Below, piece after piece: positions 48,948 to 61,441 of a stretch of 64,000 bases of DNA. Under the pieces are notes generated by a model, which did no database searches, had not been told where the DNA came from, and saw only the letters and a program-made list of their open reading frames with translations. The first letter of the stretch is position 1. Every line of letters starts with the position of its first letter. The stretch comes from Ruminococcus flavefaciens (GTDB lineage Bacteria > Bacillota > Clostridia > Oscillospirales > Ruminococcaceae): NCBI GenBank assembly GCA_023662725.1, contig JAMPIL010000008.1, forward strand, positions 4,471 to 68,470, written 5' to 3'. The position numbers and the translations under genes were made by a program.

Positions 48948-50309
48948 TCATTCCAACTCGCCGTTTGCCTTTTTCCGTTGCTGCTCAGAGCGTTCCACAT
49001 CAAGATACGCTTCAATTTTTTCATGAAGATTTTCAAGAGTTTTCAGTGATTTTTTCAGCGATTGATATTCATCAAGAAGCATTTCACGCTTGCCCTCGGT
49101 CTCGCTAATCTGCATTTCCAGTACAGAACGATTCGGCAGGGAAGTACCCGTGTATCTTTCTTTCAGCCATTCCTTTGAGGACTGAAAAATTGAAAGGTCG
49201 CGGCTATGTTCACGCTTGAATTTTTCTCTGTCGGAGCATTTCAAATATTCATCGTGAACGGCTTTTGTGTTCCAATAAGTTTGAAGCATTTTCAGCAGTT
49301 CTCTTTGCTCTCGTATTTCTTTTTCATAATCGTTCAGACCTTGTACGACATCAAATCTTCTGTCATACTGTTCCGATATTTTTTCTTCAAGCTGCGGAAC
49401 AGAACCTATACCGTAATCGGAGAGAACGTTTAAAATCTTTGAAGCCTCCTGCATATTTTTAAGAGCCGCCCACCTGTTCAGACCGACAGCATTTTCATCA
49501 TTTGAATGATAAAATCCGTTATCCTTTACAAGCTTGTCCGTCCGCTTTCTGAGCTGTCTTGCGATACGTTTTTCAATCTGTTCAGGCTCATAATACCAAC
49601 CTAACCTTTTTCGGCTGCACCTTGTAAAACGCTCCTGTTCCTCTGCTCTGAACGACAAAGAATTCCCCCTGATTTTATATTCATATTTCTTTTCGGTCTG
49701 CATTTTTTTCAAGAAATCATCATAGCTTTCAGCGGACAAAATACAATCGTCAATTGCTCTTTTCAGCTTGCCTTTGTAACTGTTGTCGCGCTGCTCCTGC
49801 AGCCATTCATAATAGCATTTTCCGTAACCTTTTTCGGGCATTGAAATAACCGATAATTTATTTTCGAGACAAATATCATCGCTTATTTTTCTGAGCTGTT
49901 TCCATGCAGGATTATTCTTTCTGTCATGCTCCGTTCCGAATGCCAAACCATTTTCAAAATTAACTCCGCAAATAATTATGTGATTGTGCAGATGTCCGCG
50001 GTCAAGGTGCGTGGAGATAACATATTCATACTTGCCTTTCAGAAATTCATCGGCAGTCTGAATACCGATTTTGTGTGCCTGTTCAGGAGTTACTTCGTCA
50101 GGCTTAAAGGATTGGATACAGTGAAAAGCAAGATTTTCCCCTTTGAATTTATGACGTTCTCTTGTCTTTGCAAACTCCAAATACGCCGTTTGTTCACTGC
50201 AAGCGAATGTAGAAACAAGCAGATTATCATCTGTTTTTTCGGGATTTACAATGTAGGATATAGCTTTGTCAAGCGTGGTTTTTATCGGATGTATTTTCGT
50301 GTATGCCAA
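48948..50309 (-). CDS. MOBP-type relaxase
   Basis: MAYTKIHPIK, YIVNPEKT (motif I Tyr), HCIQSF (II), THLDRGHLHNHII (HUH motif III). Confidence 0.93.
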   Translation of the reverse strand: MAYTKIHPIKTTLDKAISYIVNPEKTDDNLLVSTFACSEQTAYLEFAKTRERHKFKGENLAFHCIQSFKPDEVTPEQAHKIGIQTADEFLKGKYEYVISTHLDRGHLHNHIIICGVNFENGLAFGTEHDRKNNPAWKQLRKISDDICLENKLSVISMPEKGYGKCYYEWLQEQRDNSYKGKLKRAIDDCILSAESYDDFLKKMQTEKKYEYKIRGNSLSFRAEEQERFTRCSRKRLGWYYEPEQIEKRIARQLRKRTDKLVKDNGFYHSNDENAVGLNRWAALKNMQEASKILNVLSDYGIGSVPQLEEKISEQYDRRFDVVQGLNDYEKEIREQRELLKMLQTYWNTKAVHDEYLKCSDREKFKREHSRDLSIFQSSKEWLKERYTGTSLPNRSVLEMQISETEGKREMLLDEYQSLKKSLKTLENLHEKIEAYLDVERSEQQRKKANGELE

Positions 50310-50310
50310 C

Positions 50311-50700
50311 TTATTTTTCCTCCGTTTCTTTCATAAAAAGCTTCATAATTTCAACCTGTTTTTTCTGTAAAAAATCAACCTGATTTTTTAAATCCTGCAA
50401 GTCCTCACCGTAAAAATTTCCCGTTGAATTTACACGCTTTGCAATTTGATTTATGCTCTTTGCGGCATTGCTCATAAGATAATTATTCTTTCTGATTTCG
50501 CTTTCAAATTCGGAATAATCATACCTGACACACTGTCCGTCAATAGCCATTTTTCTTAGATATGCTTCACGTTTTTTTATGTGGAGCATTTTCATTTTTG
50601 CCTGAATGAATTTCAATTCATCATCATCAACACGAAAGAACAGTCTGTTTTTTCTTACTCTTTGTTTTTCTTTAATCTCATTTTTGTTATCCATTTTCAT
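50311..50700 (-). CDS. mobC: MobC relaxosome accessory protein
   Basis: RHH N-terminus, YLRKMAIDG, INQIAKRVN motif; directly upstream of relaxase. Confidence 0.9.
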   Translation of the reverse strand: MKMDNKNEIKEKQRVRKNRLFFRVDDDELKFIQAKMKMLHIKKREAYLRKMAIDGQCVRYDYSEFESEIRKNNYLMSNAAKSINQIAKRVNSTGNFYGEDLQDLKNQVDFLQKKQVEIMKLFMKETEEK

Positions 50701-50719
50701 TATCCTTTCCGCTGTTTAG

Positions 50720-50800
50720 AGGGTTTGGGAGATTTCCCAAAATGATTTTCGGACTTGCCGAAAATTTGCAAGTGGACACCCACTTGCGTTGCTTGCTATA
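50720..50800 (-). promoter_or_regulatory. Candidate oriT: three stacked inverted repeats upstream of mobC
   Basis: TTGGGA/TCCCAA, TTTTCGG/CCGAAAA and GCAAGTGG/CCACTTGC repeats; position typical for MOBP ICE oriT (inference). Confidence 0.5.
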
Positions 50801-51090
50801 TTAGAATTGCCCTCTACACTGATAATTACTACACCTTACCACTAACCATTATTATATCAGAGGTTAAAATAATCGTCGTTGACGGGCAAAAAAGCAGCAA
50901 AAAATTGTTCCTCTAATATTATAGTGAAAAAATACGACGTTTGTAAATAGGAAACATCTTGTTAAAATAAAAAAATATTTCCTTGCGTATTTACAAAATA
51001 AGTTAAATAAGATATAATAAATTTATGCAGAACTTAAACCGATTTGCGTTTGTGGCTTTTTGCCACAAATAAATATTCGGAGGTTTTGCT

Positions 51091-51494
51091 ATGAGCAAAA
51101 AAAAACGTTCCGTCTTGAAAACGGAACATTGGTAACGGGAAACAGCGATATTTACAAAGCTTATGCAAGTAAGCGCAATAAAGAGCGTTACCTGAAACGC
51201 AAGCGTGACGAATTTGTAACAATGTCACTTGATGACGAAAATGCAGCTTTTTCCTTTAAAGCTGATACGGACGTTGAGAACGAAGTCGAAAAGCGTATCC
51301 GTATTGAATCGGTTCGAGAAGCAGTTCGGGAGCTGCCCGAAGCTGAACGGCGGCTAATTCACGAATACTTCTTTGAAAATGTTTCGTTAAGAGTGCTTGC
51401 AAAAAGATACGGTGTGTCCCACACTTATATCAGCGGCAGAATAAGTGAAATTCTGATTAAACTCAGAGAGTGCATAACCGACAAAAACAATTAA
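51091..51494 (+). CDS. Sigma-70 region 4 (Orf7-like) regulator; SD-preceded ATG is out of frame across an A9 tract
   Basis: GGAGG SD, ATG 51091, A9 at 51097-51105; downstream frame encodes AVRELPEAERRLI..SLRVLAKRYGVSHTYIS region-4 HTH. Confidence 0.7.
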
Positions 51495-51977
51495 TTTAAT
51501 TTGTTTAAAACGCTGATTTTTTGAAAAAATGCCCTTTTTTCGTTTACAGTATGCGAAAAATTTCACTATAAATTATAGAGGGGTATATTTGCAAAAAATA
51601 TCTTTCTAAAAATACACGCCGCAACGAACCTTGAAAATTGAATAGACTGTATCGGAACACAAAAAGTCTGAACCTTTTTTGCCACGACTGCCTGAGAATT
51701 TTTTCTTTCTTACAGCCATGAACTGCCGTGTCGGCAGCGAAACTAAGGCACGAGCGATAACGCATAACAGCTAATCAAAATAACTGTAAGCAAATGCAAT
51801 ACATATTGGACAGGCTTATAATGATACTTCCGTGTTGAACGCTTCACCGCATTGCACGGCTTACCCACAGGAATGGGACGGGAAAGAAGTGTATCCGATA
51901 ACTTCTTCTTCATGTGCGACGGTATTGCTTGCCGTCCGTTCGATACGGTCATTAAACTTTTTATCGGAGGTGTTTTT

Positions 51978-53856
<1,879 letters not shown>

Positions 53857-53887
53857 TTGTAATTTTTGTTTTCTTCGCAGTCAATAC

Positions 53888-56452
53888 TTATACCTCCTTG
53901 AGTTGCTTTACAGTTATGTCAATATACTTATCAAACTCAGAATAGAATTTTTTAATACGTACGTTGAAATCCTCAATATCTTTGCATTCAAGAGCGATTT
54001 TTACGAGATTAATTGTCGTAAATGAGCAGTTACCACGACCAATGGACGTTTTTTCTCCGTGCCGATTTTCAAACACTCTCGTTCTGCAATTGTGAGAATA
54101 GATTCCGCTTACCTCAAAATGATCACTGATTGTTTCAACATCATAGCTATATGCAGTTCTTTCTATAGTTTCAGTAGAAACGACTTCGCTTTTGAAAAAT
54201 AAATCATTAACTTCTCTTTTTACAACATTATTTATTTTCTTTTCAGATATAATATATGTTAGAAGATCTTCTGTCGGAACAAATTCAACTCTGTAACGAA
54301 TTGCAACAGGATTGTTTTGAGAATAATTATTGTGATAAATTTTAGATGGCATTCCTAACGCTTGTGCTAAAGCCATTTGTTGTAAGGCAAGTTCCTTATT
54401 TACCGAACCAATTTGCACTACTGAACCACCGTGAGTCGTCGGATTAATATAACCATCCGCATCAATCATTCCTGCTAAAAAAGCAAGTTTAGCAGTATAA
54501 TTCCATGCAAAAACTTCATTGGGAATGTGTCTACGATTTTTTGTCAGTCCTTCAAATTTTGTTGAAAGATAGTCTATAATATGTGTTACATCACCACTAC
54601 AACGCAAATCTTTATAATTACCCTTTTTATCTCGATGTCTTTCGATAACTTTAACATCATTATCAAAACATTTTTTCATTCGCATAATATATGCTTCCTG
54701 AATGTCATCCTCTCCTTCAAGGGCAATTGAAGATGTGACGTGTGAATCGTAACAGCCATCGCAAAGAATAAACCCTAACAGCCACGCTTTTTCATCACTG
54801 AACACGGAATTTTCTTCATAATATTGCTGAGGATTAACATTAACAATATCACCAATATTAAGATTTTCAGCATATACTCGGCCTCTATCTGTGTGGAACG
54901 GATGATCAGTCGTACAAAGAAGTGAGCGTCCATGAGATAACTTTACATTTACCCACTTGTCACTTGTGTTTCTTATTACTCGTTTTACAGTCACAAATCC
55001 CTTTTTAGTATCATATATTTCTACATTTTCAACATCAAGATACAGGTTTTGGATATCGCCTTTATTCTGTTTCTTTGTTTCAAAATAATCAGAAAGTCTG
55101 TTCCACATCCTTCTGAAAGATTCAACAAATAATCTACCATTATATTTATAGGTTACAACCTCATTACCGTCTACGCATCCCATCGTAGCCACTTCATATT
55201 CATACCTTTTAGGATCGTTGGCATCCCACTTGTCATGTTTGTTGAACGACGCATCAAGATTAAGAAAATTAGGAAAAAATCTTTTAGCCGTTACCTTACA
55301 GGCAAGTTTAAGAAGATCATAATTTCTGTCTCCTTCTACTGCACTTACTCCTTCTTTTAGCTTCCAGATCTGAATTGGAAAAATCGGAGTTTCACCATTT
55401 CCTACTCCATGATATGTAGATAGAAGCAGTTCTCTGATAATACAGCGTCCTTCGGCAGAAGTGTCCGTTCCATAGTTAATCGAGGAGAACACAACCTGAT
55501 TACCGCCTCTGGAGTGGATAGTATTCATATTATGAATGAATGCTTCCATTGCCTGATGAACACGTTTTTGTGTCTCAATAATTGCCTTTTTTACCGGCTT
55601 GGGGTAACTTACTGTTATATTATCATCGCAAATATAATCCTTAATTTCATAATCGTAATAAGAAGAATAATCAGCATTATCATATTCCTCAAGTTTTTTG
55701 ATTTCCTCAATATATGTACGTCTTACATAAGGTGCTAAATAAAAATCAAATGCCGGTATTGCTTGTCCGCCGTGCATTTCATTCTGTACGGTTTCCATAC
55801 TGATGCATCCTATAATGGAAGCTGTTTCGATTCTTTTAGCCGGTCTGCTTGCTCCGTGTCCTGCACGAAAACCATTTTCAAGAATACGATCAAGGGGATG
55901 CTGCAAACAAGTAAGGGATTTTGTAGGATAATAATCTTTGTCATGTACATGAATGTAATTATTGTCGATAGCATCTCTTGCTTCTGGACTTATAAGGCAA
56001 TCATCCGTATAAGCTTTTGTTGTTTCACTTGCAAATTTCATCATCATCCCAGCAGGAGTTTCGGCATTCATATTTGCATTCTCTTTTGTGATCTCATTAG
56101 ATTCGGCATTGACGATTCCATTAAATACTCGGTATGTTTTAGAATTTCTTAATTTGTTTCGTTCTGCTCTGTAAAGAATATACGCTCTTGCAACAGCTTT
56201 GTCACACTCCATAAGCTGTTCTTCAACCATATCCTGTATAACCTCTACATGAATTTCTTCAACTACTTTTTTCTGTAAATTATGAGTGATATTTGCTGCA
56301 ATGTCATATCCTAAATGTAAAGGAATTCCGTTTTGATTATCCTTGTTAAGATAAACCGATTTTACAGCATTATTAACTGCTGATATTATTGAAAACTCAT
56401 CATATCTTCGTATTTCACCATCTCTTTTTTTAACTTTTATCGCCATAATCAT
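53888..56452 (-). pseudogene. nrdD: Anaerobic (class III) ribonucleotide reductase large subunit, 3'-truncated, with intein
   Basis: ATP cone, HVHDKDYY, NEMHGGQ, SINYG, MG/CRT, GRGN.SFTTINL; ends at KQLKEV* without the C-terminal Zn and glycyl-radical region. Confidence 0.85.
54089..55177 (-). other. Intein (363 aa) with LAGLIDADG homing endonuclease in nrdD
   Basis: Starts CVDGNE after EVATMG, ends SHN before Cys of CRTR; LLGFILCDG and FLAGMIDADG motifs. Confidence 0.92.
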
Positions 56453-56706
56453 ATACTCCTTATATTTGCACTACCGTTATTCTCCAACTCCATAAGTTTT
56501 GAAATATACCACTCGCATTTTGCCATATCTTTTTCAGAGCTCTCGCCGTTCTTATTCCCGGCTCTGTAACGATATTTAAAAGCGTTGCATCGACAGAAAT
56601 CCTTAACCGCTTCTACTCCGAAAAGTGCGATCATTTCGTCGATACACTCGTATTTACCTGTGTTGTAATGTGACGGATGATCTATCATTTCTGTATTCTT
56701 ATTCAT
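56449..56706 (-). CDS. DUF3310 (SaV-like) phage protein
   Basis: DHPSHYNTGKYECID...NAFKYRYRAG.K..EKDMAKCEWY. Confidence 0.85.
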   Translation of the reverse strand: MNKNTEMIDHPSHYNTGKYECIDEMIALFGVEAVKDFCRCNAFKYRYRAGNKNGESSEKDMAKCEWYISKLMELENNGSANIRSI

Positions 56707-56709
56707 TGG

Positions 56710-57429
56710 TTACACCTCCTCGCCTGTTATTAGTTCTGAATATGGCAGTCTCTCAATCCAGTTACAAAAATCGTGCCACTCATCAAGTTTATGGTTCTTA
56801 CGACTATGATACATATTTCTTAGTACTTGATAATTCAACTGCACTGTTGAACGCTGATTGTAGCTTGAAGGAAGAAGCTGTATTATCTGCCACCAAATAC
56901 GCTTATCATTTGGTTTGATTTCTTTTTTATCTTCAAGATCAAAATAAAATATTCTTTCGTCAGCACTCATACCATACATTGGATCGTCAAATTTTCGTCC
57001 ATGTACATAACAAGTTCTATACATATTAAGCGTATTTATAGTATCAGCTAACATACTGACTCCAAGTTTTGTAAGATGCTCATGCGAAAAATCATCAATA
57101 GTAAATTCTTTTTCATGAATTTTATGCATGGTGGAACACGAATTTCTGACAGTTCCAACCTTGTATGTATCAAACTCTTTCCACCAGTACATTGGAGCAA
57201 CAATATCGCAAGTCACTGTAATCATTCGCATGAATTTGCTATGATCTGTTCCGGCAGAAACGAGTTTCTTCATCAGTTTTAAATCGTTTTCACCAATGTC
57301 AAGGCGTTCAGCAAAAATTTTGTAATAAAAGCTACTGTCCGACTTATCCCAACTATTCATTGGATTTCGCATTCCACGAATAGCAGCTTCCCAGCCATAA
57401 ACCTCTACATTTTCAATTTTTATCATCAC
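56710..57429 (-). CDS. Phage ThyX-like (thymidylate synthase complementing) protein
   Basis: HSKFMRMI, APMYWWKEFDTYK, NSCSTMHKI, SRKNHKLDEW motifs. Confidence 0.65.
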   Translation of the reverse strand: MMIKIENVEVYGWEAAIRGMRNPMNSWDKSDSSFYYKIFAERLDIGENDLKLMKKLVSAGTDHSKFMRMITVTCDIVAPMYWWKEFDTYKVGTVRNSCSTMHKIHEKEFTIDDFSHEHLTKLGVSMLADTINTLNMYRTCYVHGRKFDDPMYGMSADERIFYFDLEDKKEIKPNDKRIWWQIIQLLPSSYNQRSTVQLNYQVLRNMYHSRKNHKLDEWHDFCNWIERLPYSELITGEEV

Positions 57430-57647
57430 TTCACCTCAAATTCAGAAAATAAGCATTCAGCCATTTCAGCGTCATCGCTATGCACAATTACATTGACTGG
57501 TTTACTCAGATTGAGACTAAATAATCCCATAATGCTTTTGCCGTCAACTTTGTAACGTTCTGATGTAACATCCACATTGTGCATAAATCCCTGAGCAAGG
57601 CTGCAAAACTTCTTTACCTTTGGGATTGTATTAATTAAAATCTTCAT
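57426..57647 (-). CDS. HPr-like phosphocarrier domain protein
   Basis: YKVDGKSIMGLFSLNLSKPV (Ser46 region); no His15. Confidence 0.75.
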   Translation of the reverse strand: MKILINTIPKVKKFCSLAQGFMHNVDVTSERYKVDGKSIMGLFSLNLSKPVNVIVHSDDAEMAECLFSEFEVK

Positions 57648-57854
57648 TTACACTCTTTCCTTTCTTGTTACTTTTAATTTATGGCATGATTCTGTTTTCT
57701 TACCAAAAGCATTTTCAAACTCCTCGCACGTCATCTGTCTTGTATGTACGGGTTGATTTTGATTTATCATATTATAATATTTTATGCTTCTCTCAACCTC
57801 TCTCGCATATTCTTTTCTGCTTCGAGAATCAAGAATTTTCTCAGCTGGTGTCAT
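57648..57854 (-). CDS. Hypothetical phage protein
   Basis: Short coupled ORF. Confidence 0.45.
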   Translation of the reverse strand: MTPAEKILDSRSRKEYAREVERSIKYYNMINQNQPVHTRQMTCEEFENAFGKKTESCHKLKVTRKERV

Positions 57855-57880
57855 TGTACATTTCTATCCTTTCTTTTTAA

Positions 57881-58534
57881 CTAAAGTAATTTTTTTCGTG
57901 AACGAACAGGCGTGAAAAATGCTTTTTCTATCGTCCAATTCAAATGATTAATACGGTTTTGAAGTGCTGGGTAATTAATATTTAATATCTGCGACCATTC
58001 CATTAATGTATGTGTTTCGCCACTCCATGTAATATTGTGATTCTTTCTTGTATTATTCGCTTGCTGGTGTGAAGTCGCCCATCTGCAATTTTTAGGTGTA
58101 TAATTTCCGTTTACGTCTATCCTGTCAATGGATAATTCTTTGGAATATCCATTTTCGTACGCCCAGTTTTGAAAATTAACAAAATTCTCATTCCATTCGC
58201 TGCATATCGTAATACCTCTTCCACCATAATGCTTATAACTTGGGTCATGTGGATTGTTGCACCTCAACTTCATTCCACGCCATATGTTGTACAGCCTTGT
58301 ATTTTTACCTCCGTGTATGGTTTTTGTTTTCTTATTGAACATTGCCGTATTTTCTTTTCGATAACACCCACAAGATTTAGTTGAACCTTTTCTAAGATTA
58401 CCAGCTAAAACATCTTTCGAGTTGCCGCAATCACAATCGCAATGCAAATAAGTGGTACAACCATGTTTAACAGGATATCTCACTTTCAACCTACCGAATC
58501 TCTGTCCAATCAGGTTTTCACCTTTTATTTCCAT
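57881..58534 (-). CDS. HNH-type homing endonuclease-like protein
   Basis: GQRFGRLKV, CDCDCGN, KSCGC, YGGRGITICSEW, SIDRIDVNGNY.PKNCRWAT. Confidence 0.8.
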   Translation of the reverse strand: MEIKGENLIGQRFGRLKVRYPVKHGCTTYLHCDCDCGNSKDVLAGNLRKGSTKSCGCYRKENTAMFNKKTKTIHGGKNTRLYNIWRGMKLRCNNPHDPSYKHYGGRGITICSEWNENFVNFQNWAYENGYSKELSIDRIDVNGNYTPKNCRWATSHQQANNTRKNHNITWSGETHTLMEWSQILNINYPALQNRINHLNWTIEKAFFTPVRSRKKLL

Positions 58535-58536
58535 GT

Positions 58537-59256
58537 TTAATATGCTCCTATGTAATTACAATTAATGTCATAAAACCAATTCTTCATATCTGGATGACAA
58601 CCATCAAAATAAAACAATCGTGAATCTATCGTTCCGTAAACAAGAACATATACAGCAGCGTTATAATCATCTTCTGTATAATATCCTAAACTATTTGCTG
58701 TAGTAAATTGATTGGGAGCGAATATCACCTCGTTAACAGTTTCGCCGAAATAATTGCATCTGTTTATCACGCAAGATGCAACAGCTATTTTCCCGTCCCA
58801 TGTTGCGGAAGATTCATGATTTATAAGTTGCGCAAGAAGAACCGCATCAGATTCATTATAATAAAATTGATCTTCGTTAACAGACTCGACATATGGTTCG
58901 CAATTAATAGTTTCCAACTCATTGTCGTATTCATAGTTGACTTTCGCATCAGTCTCTGTAATGCTCGCCGTATCTGCTGTAGTTGTCGTTGATATATTCG
59001 TCTCTATTGTCAATGTACCTGTAGTTGTCGTTTGGGTTCTCGTAGAAACCACTGTTGTTGAAGTTGTGACCGCTTGTATCATAGGACATGCCGTTGTAAC
59101 CTCCTGAGTAATATTAGGCGGTGCGTTACTTTCTGTGTCCACTCTCTGCACGTCCTTATGTACGCACCCTGACGCTCCTATCAAAATGAGGGCGGATGTA
59201 ATTGCAATTATGCTTGTCCTCTTGTGAGGACATCGATTCTTGTTTAAATTCTTCAT
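58537..59256 (-). CDS. SleB-like (Hydrolase_2) cell wall hydrolase lipoprotein
   Basis: Lipobox ASGC, Thr-rich linker, LLAQLINHES, IAVASCVINR, APNQF. Confidence 0.8.
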   Translation of the reverse strand: MKNLNKNRCPHKRTSIIAITSALILIGASGCVHKDVQRVDTESNAPPNITQEVTTACPMIQAVTTSTTVVSTRTQTTTTGTLTIETNISTTTTADTASITETDAKVNYEYDNELETINCEPYVESVNEDQFYYNESDAVLLAQLINHESSATWDGKIAVASCVINRCNYFGETVNEVIFAPNQFTTANSLGYYTEDDYNAAVYVLVYGTIDSRLFYFDGCHPDMKNWFYDINCNYIGAY

Positions 59257-59318
59257 TGGATTTCACCTTTTCCTTTCTTGGTGTTGTTTTTTATTAAACA
59301 GCCTATGTAAGCCATATC

Positions 59319-60104
59319 TTATTCAGACATTATATAATTTTTAAGCATAATATCTCGAGCCTTTTTATAAAAATCTGTATTTACTTCAAAACCGTAACTA
59401 CTTCTGCCTAATTCGGCTGCTGCTCTTAATGTTGTACCACTTCCGCAAACAGGATCAATAACAATATCACCCTCATCTGTAAATATTTCTATTAATCTTT
59501 TAATTACTGAAACAGGTTTCTGAGTTGGATGAATTTTAGGATAGTCCTTGTTATTGTCACGTCTCCACTCAAACCAATTGAAAATCATATGTCCTTTGCC
59601 GTCTGAATCTTTGTTATTAAATTTTGGCAGTTTGTCACGATAAAGAACTACTGCATATTCCGTTGCGCCTACTATTTTCATATTCGCTTTTAATACCTGC
59701 GCTGAATAATTCTTACAAAATACCAAAGGATAGCTATTTTTAAATCCATGTTTTTTGCCGTATTCAATGACAGTTTGTATCTGTTCAAATGCGCAGAACA
59801 CAATCATTGCAGGAGCTTTGTTACGCTCTTTCGGTTCTTTGATAAGAAGTTTATTACAGAAGTGAAAATATTCCGCTATATTAAACTGTCCGTCCCCATT
59901 GAAAAAAGCGCTCGCTGCCTTTTTGCTTTCACCGTTTTTGTTATTTCCTCCAACATACCATTCGGGATTTGAAGCGTATGCGTTTACTCCCAGATTATAG
60001 GGTATATCGGCTATTACGAGCTGCGCCTTTCTAATGTTATATCTTTTGTAATTCTGGAAATTATCGTGTATAATTTCTGTTTTTATCTTTTTTGTATCTG
60101 ACAT
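59319..60104 (-). CDS. N4/N6 (beta-class) DNA methyltransferase
   Basis: ADIPY (motif IV), HPTQKP, DPVCGSGTT (motif I). Confidence 0.9.
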   Translation of the reverse strand: MSDTKKIKTEIIHDNFQNYKRYNIRKAQLVIADIPYNLGVNAYASNPEWYVGGNNKNGESKKAASAFFNGDGQFNIAEYFHFCNKLLIKEPKERNKAPAMIVFCAFEQIQTVIEYGKKHGFKNSYPLVFCKNYSAQVLKANMKIVGATEYAVVLYRDKLPKFNNKDSDGKGHMIFNWFEWRRDNNKDYPKIHPTQKPVSVIKRLIEIFTDEGDIVIDPVCGSGTTLRAAAELGRSSYGFEVNTDFYKKARDIMLKNYIMSE

Positions 60105-60144
60105 TTTATTTCCTCCTATAAAATCCAATCATTGTTTCTCCTTT

Positions 60145-61367
60145 TTATTTATACCGTATAAAATCATTCCCATAAGCATCGTTCAGCATATCGAATACTC
60201 TTCCCATGCCTAAACCCTCCTTTGACGGAGTCCATATTCTCTTAGGATTCCAATTAACCCATCCAATTTCATCAGGTTCAGTGCTTGCTTTTGGATCATA
60301 AAAAGGATTGTCATTCCATTCTCCACCATTAATGCAAAAATTGTACTGTTTTGGATGAGTTTTAGCTAAACGCTGAAATCTTGTTTCTCCTTTTTCAAGG
60401 TGAACTCCATACGCACAGAATACACATCCTGTACGGTTACAACCAGTAGTACAAAGTTTTCTTTCGGTTGAAACAGATTTGTCAAATGTAAGTTGATTTA
60501 TTTCATCTTCATACTTGATGTCTCCATAAACACTTGCTATAGATAGGTTATATCTTTTTATGTATTCAAGCACATCTTGTTCTGTCCAGAATGACATCGG
60601 CTGAGAAGATTTCTTCTTTGAATCAAAAGCGTTACAGCCATGTCTTAACCATGCTTGTTTTCTCATACGGCTTTCTTCTGCCATAGTCGCTATATATGGG
60701 TATAGTTTATTTTGGTTCTGGTACTTTGTTAATGGAGATTTCTTCATCACATTACAACAGTAATGACTGACTAAAAACGGCATATCTCTTGCTATAGGCA
60801 ACCATTTTTCTTTGTTAAATGCAGATTTCTTTTTACCATCACTGCTACCCATAATTCCCATCAACATTTTTCTCCGACAGTTCTCTTGTCCGATTTTGTC
60901 TTGTATAAAAACGAGTCCCAATAATTCTTTCTGCTTCCTTGCGGTCGTTCTCCAAGAAGTTTTTCGCTGTTTTTAATCCGCCGAGCGTAGTAAATAGCTT
61001 CTGATACTTCCTTTGATATAATTGGATAACCATAAGTTTTAACAACATTAAAAAATGTCATCTGCGGATAAACTGTTTCTACATTTTCAAAACTTGTAGC
61101 AAATTTTCTTACCTCCGGATATTCTAACCCTGTGTTACTAAACACGGCAGGAATATCAGGGAATATTTTTCGAGCTATGTCAAGCAGCACAGTCGAATCT
61201 TTACCGCCGCTAAAAGAAATATAAACATTGCCGTTGAAATGATAGTACCACTCAATAATCTTGCTCTGAGTTATCATTATTTTTCTATCAAGACTCATAG
61301 CTTGCAATTCTTTTAGTCGCAAATTATCATGTATAACTCCGTCTGACGAGTATTCGTATTCTGTCAT
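60145..61367 (-). pseudogene. Phage PAPS reductase-family gene split by a frameshift near 60960-60985
   Basis: N-part SFSGGKDS, NTGLEYPE; C-part CCNVMKK, RTGCVFC in another frame. Confidence 0.75.
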
Positions 61368-61441
61368 ATTTTCTCCTTTTCTGATTTTGTATTAACTGTT
61401 CAGCATGTACTGCACAACCTAATTCATGCAGCATATATTTT

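Noticed and set aside
51411-51425. GGTGTGTCCCACACT as another palindrome copy
   Set aside because: Lacks the core and is explained by the GVSH codons of the HTH
54089-55177. Group I or II intron in nrdD
   Set aside because: The insert is in frame with Cys...His-Asn/Cys splice residues, so it is an intein
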